DNA of 64,000 nt from a virus: the IMG/VR virus record IMGVR_UViG_3300035698_008781, positions 14,806 through 78,805 of that record; one strand, written 5' to 3'. Below the pieces are notes generated by a model. That model was not told where the DNA came from. It made no database searches and saw nothing but the letters and a program-made list of their open reading frames with translations. Below are positions 7,628-16,269 of the stretch, one piece after another (the first letter of the stretch is position 1; the number at the start of each line of letters is the position of its first letter). A program made the translations under genes and the position numbers.

Positions 7628-8226
7628 AGGTGTAGAATCTGCAAATCATACACAAACAAATATGATAAGCAACAAGCACTACTAAGTATAATAAAAATAA
7701 TAATAATTTTAAACTTTAACACTACACCTGTTAAATTCAAAGTTTAATTGTAAAAGTTATAATAAAAATACAATTAGTAGTGCTTTTAATAAGAATACTA
7801 ACAGCAATTTATAAAGATCAATTTTTTAACTTGAAACCTTATATGTATTCTGATAAAATGATTAATAGCACTCTTACGGTGAAATTGGTAAACACAGGTG
7901 TCTAAAAAAATAATCATTTAATAAATAGTCTAACAGCAATTTTAATAGCTTTTCATGCCGTAAACAGTAGTTCGATTCTGCTAAGACATATAGATATGTC
8001 TTTCGTCTAGAGGCTAGGACAACGTAAAAAATAGACTATTGATAAGAAGTGTAACAGCAAATTTAAACTTTTTTAAAAATAAAAAAACAAATACACTTCT
8101 AATAAGATTAGCAACAGCAAAATAACAAACATCAAATTTTTACTTTGACCAGTTATGCTAATCTGATAAAGTCACTAACAGCAACTCAAACAATTTTTAT
8201 AGGAAAAAAGAAAAAAATAGTGACTT
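7628..8226 (+). ncRNA. tandem array of seven stem-loop RNA units with AACAGCAA motif (Y-RNA-like)
   Basis: Stems 7628-35/7722-29, 7792-98/7845-51, 7856-64/7911-19, 7924-32/8032-40, 8045-53/8092-8100, 8105-13/8156-64, 8169-77/8218-26. Each 5' strand leads into AACAGCAA (five exact copies, two variants). Confidence 0.85.
7949..8024 (+). ncRNA. circularly permuted tRNA-Glu-like domain (YrlA-like) inside an array unit
   Basis: Order: TTC anticodon-like loop, T arm AGTAG-TTCGATT-CTGCT, closed acceptor stem AAGACATA/TATGTCTT, D arm GTCTAGAGGCTAGGAC. Confidence 0.8.
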
Positions 8227-8259
8227 GAGTAAAATATTAACTAACTAATAATAATTATT

Positions 8260-8574
8260 ATGAAAACAATAAAATGTTTTAAAAAAAAAGGTTATAAAAA
8301 ACAACCTACTATTAATGAAATAATTAAATCATTAGAGGAACAAAAAATATATGATCAACTAAGATTAGTTCAACAAACTGAACTTGGTAGAATAAAGTAT
8401 ATATTATCACAAGGTCGTACATTATGTCTAGTACATGTAGCTTATTTAAGAGATTTATATTGGAGCTTTATATCTAATAATTTTAGATTTGAAGATAAGA
8501 TACAAAAAAAAGAAAAAGAAAAAAGAGATAATATTCATCCTGGAATGAAGTTATTTTTATCATTATCGCAATAG
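8260..8574 (+). CDS. hypothetical protein
   Basis: 104-aa ORF. Confidence 0.6.
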   Translation: MKTIKCFKKKGYKKQPTINEIIKSLEEQKIYDQLRLVQQTELGRIKYILSQGRTLCLVHVAYLRDLYWSFISNNFRFEDKIQKKEKEKRDNIHPGMKLFLSLSQ

Positions 8575-8763
8575 TATAATGTAGGTAAATATAAGCCAAC
8601 AAAAGCAAAAGCTTGGGAAGAAAAATAGAATAATAAGTTTTGGTTCTATTTATATTTATAACAACTTTATAGAGAGGTTAAATTATCTCTTGTAGTGATA
8701 GTAGATATGGGTGATTATATGGCGACAGTCACCCATACTATTATTAATTTTTAAAAACAAAAC

Positions 8764-9163
8764 GGGGCAGACTGGTTTTGACAGGTGATTAATAGCAATA
8801 ATAATCAGTGAGAGAGATAACTCTAAACTAAGGTGAATTTAATTAAACGGAAAAGATAATGATCAAATCGTAGCAAATATGAATGTAGTATATAACATCT
8901 TAAATGGTGGTACTGAAGTATCAAAAGATTTAAATACTATTATGGTAGAAGAAGATTTATTGATGGCAGCATAATATTGCCCAAAGCTAGTTGAGGTAAT
9001 ACTAGTAAATTTATTTAAGATTTCTTCATTAGATTAAATGAAGTGGTGGAAGTTAACCTACTGGTTGACCCTTTCTAACGTAAAGAGTTTAAAGAAACGT
9101 GAAACTGTATAAATTATTATTGTAAACATTGCATGGACGAGGGTTCGAGTCCCTCCTGCTCCA
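8764..9163 (+). ncRNA. ssrA: tmRNA
   Basis: 5' GGGGCAGACTGGTTTTGACAGG; 3' T arm GAGGG-TTCGAGT-CCCTC then CTGCTCCA, giving an acceptor stem with the G3-U70 Ala determinant. Internal tag ORF 8849-8974 ends LLMAA*. CCA not encoded. Confidence 0.95.
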
Positions 9164-9180
9164 CAACTAATTCTTAAATT

Positions 9181-9390
9181 ATGAATATTATAGAAATTAA
9201 AGTAGTAACTATTAGTGAAGATCCTGGTAATCCAGGTTTCATTAAAACACAAACTGTTGGTCGACTTGACAAAAGAGTCAATAGACAACAAGATTTTGTG
9301 AGATGGTATTTAGAAATTCATTCTCAACATGGTAATGTTAATTATGAAGTTTTAGATAAGCTAGAAATAGCTAAAGATAGGGTCTTATAG
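9181..9390 (+). CDS. hypothetical protein
   Basis: 69-aa ORF between tmRNA and tRNA; stop overlaps the tRNA 5' end. Confidence 0.55.
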   Translation: MNIIEIKVVTISEDPGNPGFIKTQTVGRLDKRVNRQQDFVRWYLEIHSQHGNVNYEVLDKLEIAKDRVL

Positions 9391-9452
9391 CTCAGGGGTA
9401 GAGCAGGGTGCTCATAACACTCAGGTCGTAGGTTCAAATCCTTCTAAGACCA
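9381..9452 (+). tRNA. tRNA with CAT anticodon (Ile2-like or Met)
   Basis: Acceptor GGTCTTA/TAAGACC, D arm GCTC/GAGC, anticodon loop CTCATAA, T loop TTCAAAT; CCA not encoded. Confidence 0.9.
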
Positions 9453-9592
9453 CTAATTATTTGATTAATAATTAGTTAGTTAGTTGTAAATGTGAGTGAA
9501 AACTGCGATCATTCCGTGGATGTAGCTCACATTTATTTTAATCATTAATAAAAAACAAAAATTATGGAAGAATTAGTAAAACAAAAACTTAA

Positions 9593-9943
9593 ATGAAAAA
9601 ATTATTCTTAATATTATTATTGTTTATTACAGTAATGATGCATTCTCAAACTTATGAGTTTAAATCAAACCAACAAACATATGTTTCTTTAAAAGATAGT
9701 AAAAATGCTTCTGAAAAAAGAAATGATATAAAATTTATATTTATTACAGATGCTTCTGTAATAAAGTTTGTATTAAATTCAGAAGTTATAGTATTTACTG
9801 TATTAAGTGTTAAAGAAACTAATATTTCTTATATATATAATATAATAAATGAAGATATATTATCACAAATTATAGTGTATAAAAATATTAAACGTATTAC
9901 TTTAAAAGGTGATATAGGTCAACTAAGTTGTCAAATTGAGTAG
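9593..9943 (+). CDS. secreted hypothetical protein
   Basis: Bacteroidetes-style signal peptide MKKLFLILLLF...SQ. Confidence 0.65.
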   Translation: MKKLFLILLLFITVMMHSQTYEFKSNQQTYVSLKDSKNASEKRNDIKFIFITDASVIKFVLNSEVIVFTVLSVKETNISYIYNIINEDILSQIIVYKNIKRITLKGDIGQLSCQIE

Positions 9944-9965
9944 TAACAATAAATAAATAAATAAC

Positions 9966-10244
9966 ATGTCAAATTTTCTTTATCATCAGAAACATGAAAA
10001 GGTTACTGGTCACACAAGACGTAGTTTCGCAGGAAACTATAATCCTGATACTAACACATTAGTGATAGGTATTTCAGGTAATCATCAATCTGATAGCTTT
10101 TGTAAATCAAAAGGTAGACAAATTGCAGTAGGTAAATCTTTAGTTCAAAGAAAGAACTTACAAGATGCTGGTAAACAACGAATTATTAACAATGTAACTA
10201 AAGAAACTGCTAGAGAAGTTTTCTTTAATGAAATTAAAGATTAA
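9966..10244 (+). CDS. hypothetical phage protein
   Basis: 92 aa, DSFCKSKGRQIA motif. Confidence 0.65.
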   Translation: MSNFLYHQKHEKVTGHTRRSFAGNYNPDTNTLVIGISGNHQSDSFCKSKGRQIAVGKSLVQRKNLQDAGKQRIINNVTKETAREVFFNEIKD

Positions 10245-10246
10245 TT

Positions 10247-10498
10247 ATGAGAAAACTATTAATTATGTTAGGTTATATAAAACCTAATGCTACTGATTTT
10301 AATCAAAGAAAGTCATCAGCTTTAAGTGTATTCACTAAAACATTAAGTGAAATCAATACTTTAGTTGCTGAACAAAGAATTTATATATCTAATTTATTAG
10401 ATGATAAAGCTAAAATTGAAAAAGAAGTAGATTTAACACATAAACCTATTACTGAATCAGAAGTTACTATTGAAAAAATTGAAAACATTTTAAATTAA
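10247..10498 (+). CDS. hypothetical coiled-coil protein
   Basis: 83-aa ORF. Confidence 0.6.
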   Translation: MRKLLIMLGYIKPNATDFNQRKSSALSVFTKTLSEINTLVAEQRIYISNLLDDKAKIEKEVDLTHKPITESEVTIEKIENILN

Positions 10499-10503
10499 AA
10501 AAC

Positions 10504-10731
10504 ATGCCACAAAAAACAACACCTATTGTAAGTCAATTACTTAAAATTAAAAATGGAGACTCTGCTGGAGTAATAACATACCATTTTGCAGATGGAACTA
10601 AACAAAATCAAAATATAAACACACAAATGTTTTATGATGAAAAAGGTAAATCTTTAGACTTATATAAAGTTGTTCAAAAAATTAATGACATTTGTCATGA
10701 TTTAAAAGCAGTTAAATACGAAATTGAATAA
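10504..10731 (+). CDS. hypothetical protein
   Basis: 75-aa ORF. Confidence 0.6.
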   Translation: MPQKTTPIVSQLLKIKNGDSAGVITYHFADGTKQNQNINTQMFYDEKGKSLDLYKVVQKINDICHDLKAVKYEIE

Positions 10732-10839
10732 TTATGTTAAGAGGAACAATTGGACTCATTATAATAGTAGCTATTATATGGGTATTTTGGATGACCAAAG
10801 AGTGGTTAACTAAAGATAAAACTAAAAAAGAAGAATAAT

Positions 10840-11166
10840 ATGTGGTTTACAACAGGACTTATTTTAGCAATTATAACATGTCTGCTATTATTAATGTTTA
10901 TGTTTAATAAGAAATTATTAGGTTTCATAAGTATGGATACAGATGTAATTTATGGTGAATGTGCAAGAGATATTATAAAAATTAGAAATGGTACGTATCA
11001 AGATGATATGCCAGCTACAGGAGTTATTGCAATATATGCTATAATTTATTTTATGATTTTAATCATACTATTTCTTATAATATGGTTATTATCTTATATA
11101 TATTTAGCAATATTACTTATAGTTCTTATAAGTTATATAATATCAAAAATTTTTAAACAACAATAA
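10840..11166 (+). CDS. membrane protein
   Basis: Several hydrophobic segments. Confidence 0.6.
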   Translation: MWFTTGLILAIITCLLLLMFMFNKKLLGFISMDTDVIYGECARDIIKIRNGTYQDDMPATGVIAIYAIIYFMILIILFLIIWLLSYIYLAILLIVLISYIISKIFKQQ

Positions 11167-11189
11167 ATTAAAATCAATAAATTAAAACA

Positions 11190-12005
11190 ATGAAAAAATT
11201 ATTAGTAGGATTATTATTAACAAGTGTATTTTTTACAGCTTGTACAACAGTTGAACCAGGTCATAAAGGTGTTAAAGTTTCATATGGTGGTGAAACAGAT
11301 ATGACAACAATTTTACCAGAAGGTATGGATTTAGGTTTATCATGGTTAGTTGATGATGTTGTTCAATATGACGTTAGAGAGCATACAATGGTTAAAAAGT
11401 TTTCATTCAATGATAAAAATGACATGAAAACAGATGTTACAGTAGCTTTAGACTATAATTTAGATGCTACAAAAGTAAATAAATTACATGTTGGTATTAA
11501 TGATTACGAAGTTAAAATTGCAACATCGTTATCATCTGCTGCAAAAGAAGTTGTACCACAATATGCTGCTGTAGATTTAAATAAACATGAAAGAGCTGCT
11601 GGTGAAGCAAAGTTAGCTGAAATATTAAGAAAAGAATTACCTGAATTTTTTGTTGAATTTAAACGAGTTAGATTTACTGATATAGATATTCCAAATGGTA
11701 TATCACAATTAGCTGAACAAACTGCTGTGCAAATTGGTAAGAATGAATTAGCTAGTAAGAAAGAAGCTGAACAAACTGCATTAGCCAAGGCTAAAGTAGC
11801 TGAAGCTCAAGGTAATTATGATTCAGGTATACTTAATGCCAAAACTAAAGATATTATGTCTCAACCTAAAATGTTAGAAATGATGAGAATTGAGAATGAA
11901 AGAGCTATGTGGGAAGGATTTAAACAACATGGTAAATCCCCTTTTGGGGAAAATAATATATTTGGTGGATCAGGAAGTCCTACATTATTACTTAATCGTA
12001 AATAG
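11190..12005 (+). CDS. SPFH/band 7 (prohibitin-like) lipoprotein
   Basis: Lipobox FTAC, VEPGHKGV, FTDIDIP and an Ala/Glu-rich coiled coil. Confidence 0.88.
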   Translation: MKKLLVGLLLTSVFFTACTTVEPGHKGVKVSYGGETDMTTILPEGMDLGLSWLVDDVVQYDVREHTMVKKFSFNDKNDMKTDVTVALDYNLDATKVNKLHVGINDYEVKIATSLSSAAKEVVPQYAAVDLNKHERAAGEAKLAEILRKELPEFFVEFKRVRFTDIDIPNGISQLAEQTAVQIGKNELASKKEAEQTALAKAKVAEAQGNYDSGILNAKTKDIMSQPKMLEMMRIENERAMWEGFKQHGKSPFGENNIFGGSGSPTLLLNRK

Positions 12006-12101
12006 ATATGTCTGAACTTAGTAAAGTAAAAAAAGAAGTTAAAATTCTTACTACTTTTATTAATTCGGAACATGAAACTGTAATTGTAGAAGAATAATTA
12101 T

Positions 12102-12135
12102 AAACCCATATAACTTAAATGTTGTATGGGTTTTT
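12102..12135 (+). terminator. intrinsic terminator
   Basis: AAACCCATA/TATGGGTTT stem followed by T residues. Confidence 0.7.
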
Positions 12136-12158
12136 GTTTAACTTTTAATAATAAATAA

Positions 12159-15100
12159 ATGAAGAAAGAAATTTATATATATGACTTAGAAACATATCCT
12201 AATATGTTTTTAGCGTCATTTAAAAATGTAAAGAATGGTGAGTGGATAGAGTTTGAAATAAGTGATAGAATAAATCAATTATTAGAATTGAAAATATTTT
12301 TATATAATGAAGTAGGGGGATTAATAGGTTTTAATAATATAAATTTTGATTATCCTGTTTTACATAATTCAGTATTAAATAGTAATAATAATTTTATAAC
12401 ATCTCGTGACATATATAAAGAAGTTGAAAAAGTTATTGCTAATAAGTATTCAAGTATTTGGGATAACCAAACTATAATACCTCAATTAGATTTATATAAA
12501 ATATGGCATTATGATAATAAAAATAAAGCAACTAGTCTTAAATGGTTAGAATTTGCTATGAGATGGTCAAATCTTCAAGAATTACCTTATGAAGTAGGAA
12601 GTATATTAACTTTTGAACAAATGGATGAAGTTAGATTATATTGTAGAAACGATATTAATGCTACTGAAGCATTTTATAATAAAAGTTTAAAACATATATC
12701 AATACGAGAATTCTATACTAAACAAGAAGGTTTAAATATGATGAATGCTTCTGAAATTAGAATGAGTAAAACCATATTTGGTAAATACTTAGCTAAAGAG
12801 ATGGATATTAATATTAAAACTTTAAATGGATTAAGAACTAATAGAAGTGTTGTAAATATTAATGATATAATTTTTAATTATATAAAGTTTAATGATGAAG
12901 AAAATTTAAAAGTTTTAGATTTTTATATAAACTCTGTTTGGAAAAATGATAAGGATGACGATTATGATGGTTTAAGTTATGAAACTAAGTATAAAAATGT
13001 AGTAAGACAATTTGCTGAAGGTGGTTTACATTCATTTGGTAAACCAGGTATATATGAATCAGATGATGAATATGTATTAGTAGATTTAGACTTTGCCAGC
13101 TACTATCCTCATATTTCATTTAGAAACAAATTACATCCAGAACATATTCCTGAAAAGATATTTAGTCAAATTTATGAAGGTTTTTACACTGATCGTAAAA
13201 AGTATGATAAAAAAGATCCTCGTAACTATGTATTGAAGATTATATTAAATGGTTCTTACGGATTAAGTAAAGATAAATTTAGTTTTTTATATGATCCTAA
13301 ATGGCAGTTAGCAATTTGTATTAATGGTCAATTAATGTTAACTATGTTAACTGAAAAAGTATTTGATTATTGTCAATTTGAACCTCAAATAATATTTGAG
13401 AATACAGATGGTGCAATGTATAGAATTAAAAGAACTGATTTAGAAAATATTAATAGAGCTTGTAAAGAAATAGAAGATATTGTTAATATACCATTAGAAA
13501 TTCAAGAATGTCAAAAGATTATTGCAAAAGACGTTAATTATTAGCGTCGTAACCTCGTGAATTGCTGGAAAGCTAAATTAAATAAAATGAATAAAAATCA
13601 AAAATATAAAAAAGGAAAGTTATGCCCTAAATGTAAAAAAGGTGAATTAAATCACTGTGGAAAATATTCTAAAGGTCATAAACATCATATTTATTGTAAA
13701 ATGTGTAGATATTCAAATTTTTAACAAGTCAATCAGCAGCCAAGTTAAATCGGGTTCAGAGACTATCGAAATCACGTATATGACATATATGGAAGAGAGT
13801 AGAGTACATTTAATATACTAGATATATTATTTGGAAGCGCGAGGCAAATTTTATCAGTTTTTATTAGGTTATGTCAAAAATTTATTGTATATCTGTATAG
13901 TTATTAACTATATGTAAAATATATAATATGAAACCTAATATAAATGACAATATATGTGGTATTTACTGCATAAAAAACAAAGTAAACAATAAAGTATACA
14001 TAGGAAAATCTATCAATATTAAAAGAAGAATTTACCAGCATTTATATGATTTAAAAAATAAAAAAATTAAGAATGAAAACTCACATTTTTTAAACGCATG
14101 GTATAAATATGGTAAAGAAAACTTTGAATATTTTATATTAGAAGAATTAGAGTTAAACGATTCTATTTGTAAAGATAGAGAGTTATATTGGATAACAAAA
14201 TATAAATCTACAAACAGAAAATTTGGTTATAATTTAAGGATGGATAGTTCCACTCAAATGATTGTGCATAAAGAAACTTCAGAAAAAATATCTAAAAGAC
14301 TTAAAAAAGAATGGTTTCAAGGTATTAGAAGTGATCATGGTGATAAATTATCATTAAATTGGTCAACTACTCCTGAAAGAAATAAAAAGCAATCTAAAAT
14401 TATGACTAATAATTTAACAATCTGGTCTTATAATATATACGATTTAAATATGAAATTTATTGAAAACTGTAAATATAAAAGGTTAAATGAACTAGGTTTA
14501 AAAGGTTCAATTACTTCATTTTATGGTTTTGAAAAAAGAAATAGTATAAAAACTATTTGTAAGTGTAAAAATTATTTTGTTGAAAGAATTAAAATTTGAA
14601 GATATAGTCCGACACCCTTTGAAAAAAGGGATAAAACAGTAAGTAACAATTATATAAATATTATATCAGATGAAAATATTAAGTTTAAAGGGTGTTTTGA
14701 AATCGACAGAGATTTCCATAAAAATCATAGTAAAAGAATTGTTCCAATTACCCTTGCTAATTATTTCATTAACGGAATATCTTGTGAGAATACTATTAAT
14801 GAACACCAGAAAAATATTAGTTATAGCTTTGCTGATAATCATGGTATTTATGATTTTTGTATAGGTGCTAAAATGAAAGGTGAAAATAAACTTTATAAAA
14901 GAAATATTATTAACTTTAAAGTAATAGATGAACCTATTGGTAAAATAAATAGATATTTTATATCTAATAATGGTAGTGAGCTTATTAAAAAATTACCACC
15001 ATTAGAAAAAAACAGTTTAACTGAGACTGATAAATATAAAAATAAGACTGGTGAACAACAATTTAATATCTTTGATTTTATTGAAGATGTGAAAATTGAT

Positions 15101-15247
15101 CCTAGTGATAGAGAAGAAAACTTGGAAGCAGGTTCTTTATGTGAATTATTTAATATTTATGAAAACAGAGAATATGATATTAATTATAATTATTATATAA
15201 ATGAATGTAATAAAATAATTAATACAGTTAATACTCAAAATAATTAA
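12159..15247 (+). CDS. polB: family B DNA polymerase, join(12159..13534,14644..15247), 659 aa
   Basis: Exo I YDLET, Exo II FNNINFD, motif A DFASYYP, motif B KIILNGSYG, motif C NTDG. Splicing restores KDV|NNY, and exon 2 is open and in frame with ORF 14873..15247. Confidence 0.92.
13587..13724 (+). CDS. 45-aa zinc-ribbon ORF inside the intron
   Basis: MNKNQKYKKGKLCPKCKKGELNHCGKYSKGHKHHIYCKMCRYSNF, located between the P and Q elements. Confidence 0.5.
   Translation: MNKNQKYKKGKLCPKCKKGELNHCGKYSKGHKHHIYCKMCRYSNF
13928..14599 (+). CDS. GIY-YIG homing endonuclease (intron-encoded)
   Basis: CGIYCIKN...VYIGKS...RR...H...RELYWI...GYN. Confidence 0.92.
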   Translation: MKPNINDNICGIYCIKNKVNNKVYIGKSINIKRRIYQHLYDLKNKKIKNENSHFLNAWYKYGKENFEYFILEELELNDSICKDRELYWITKYKSTNRKFGYNLRMDSSTQMIVHKETSEKISKRLKKEWFQGIRSDHGDKLSLNWSTTPERNKKQSKIMTNNLTIWSYNIYDLNMKFIENCKYKRLNELGLKGSITSFYGFEKRNSIKTICKCKNYFVERIKI

Positions 15248-15249
15248 TT

Positions 15250-15459
15250 ATGAGTGATAAATTAAAAAATAAGTTTTATGTAGAAGTAATTGAAGAATTC
15301 TACAAAACTTCAGATGTAAAAGAAATAATTCATAAAATGAAAAAAAGATTAAATATTGATATTTCTGAAAAAGAAGTATATAATATTTTAAATGAAGACT
15401 ATGAATTAGAATGTAGAAAAATGGAATATAATTTAGAAATGAGTTATATTTTTGAATAA
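15250..15459 (+). CDS. hypothetical protein
   Basis: 69-aa ORF. Confidence 0.55.
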   Translation: MSDKLKNKFYVEVIEEFYKTSDVKEIIHKMKKRLNIDISEKEVYNILNEDYELECRKMEYNLEMSYIFE

Positions 15460-16108
15460 AATAAAAAGTATGTGGGAGAAATTGATAAATGAAGTTGAAA
15501 ATACTGGCTTATCTTTTGATGAGTTCTTAGCTTTATATAAAATATATAGTTATGAAAAAGATATTATAAAGATAAATTATAATTCAGATATGTTTAACAC
15601 GTATTTAGAATTAGAAGGTAAGAATCTAATTAAAATCATAAGTAATGAAGATGAAATATTAACATTTCATTTACGAGAAAATGGTTCAGAATTAATTAGT
15701 TCTTTCTTAAATATAGAAACTCTAATAAAAAACCCAACAGAACAACCTAAAGTAGAAAATAAAAAAACAAATCAATATAGTTTTGATGAATTTTGGATGT
15801 CATTTCCAACTTCAGATGAACACAGTATATATAAAAAAACTAGAGTCTTAAAAGCAGCGAAAGAAGCTTGTAGAAAAAAGTATTTTAATATATTATTAGA
15901 AGGTTATGAACATAAAGATATAATTAAAGCTTTAAAATATGAAATAAAATTAAGAAAAGATGGTTCAAATAAAGGTAATAAGCTTACCTATATGAGAAAT
16001 AGTTTAACTTGGTTAAATCAAAAAGAATTTGAAGTTTTACTTGAGACAATGTCTGATGATGATAACTCTGAAAATTCTAATGGTGATTGGACCTCAAATT
16101 TAGTATAA
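15452..16108 (+). CDS. putative replication initiator / helicase loader
   Basis: FDEFWMSFP...TWLNQKEFE pattern of phage replisome-organiser C-terminal domains; just upstream of the helicase. Confidence 0.6.
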   Translation: MNKIKSMWEKLINEVENTGLSFDEFLALYKIYSYEKDIIKINYNSDMFNTYLELEGKNLIKIISNEDEILTFHLRENGSELISSFLNIETLIKNPTEQPKVENKKTNQYSFDEFWMSFPTSDEHSIYKKTRVLKAAKEACRKKYFNILLEGYEHKDIIKALKYEIKLRKDGSNKGNKLTYMRNSLTWLNQKEFEVLLETMSDDDNSENSNGDWTSNLV

Positions 16109-16269
16109 TGAAAGAATATGAAATTACAGTAAGAATTGATAATTCTTATGATGTTGTAGAAACAATTACAGCAAGTGCAGATCATTTAGCCATCACAGCT
16201 GCTAGAGGTATTATTAAAGAAAAATATCAACCTGATTCAATATGGTTTATTGATTTAAAGAAAAAGTAA
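16087..16269 (+). CDS. hypothetical protein (start probably ATG 16108)
   Basis: Short ORF between initiator and helicase. Confidence 0.5.
   Translation: MDLKFSIMKEYEITVRIDNSYDVVETITASADHLAITAARGIIKEKYQPDSIWFIDLKKK

Larger units (their letters stand above)
13535..14643 (+). mobile_element. group I intron in polB
   Basis: P1 GACGU pairs with GCGUC with a U-G splice pair. P GAATTGCTGGAA, Q AATCAGCAG, R GTTCAGAGACTA, S GAAGATATAGTCC, P3 CCTCGTG/CGCGAGG; terminal G at 14643. Confidence 0.92.

Noticed and set aside
7949-8024. Canonical tRNA-Glu gene
   Set aside because: The halves are in reversed order and the acceptor stem is closed by a loop, so it cannot be aminoacylated as encoded.
7628-8226. 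CRISPR array or run of terminators
   Set aside because: Only 8 nt are conserved, unit lengths vary widely, each stem is different, there are no U tails after the stems and no cas genes are present.
9058-9291. Minus-strand 77-aa ORF
   Set aside because: Antisense to the tmRNA 3' end and a plus-strand gene.
14670-14864. 64-aa ORF from the track
   Set aside because: Out-of-frame shadow of polB exon 2.
14873-15247. Stand-alone 124-aa gene
   Set aside because: It is the 3' part of polB exon 2.
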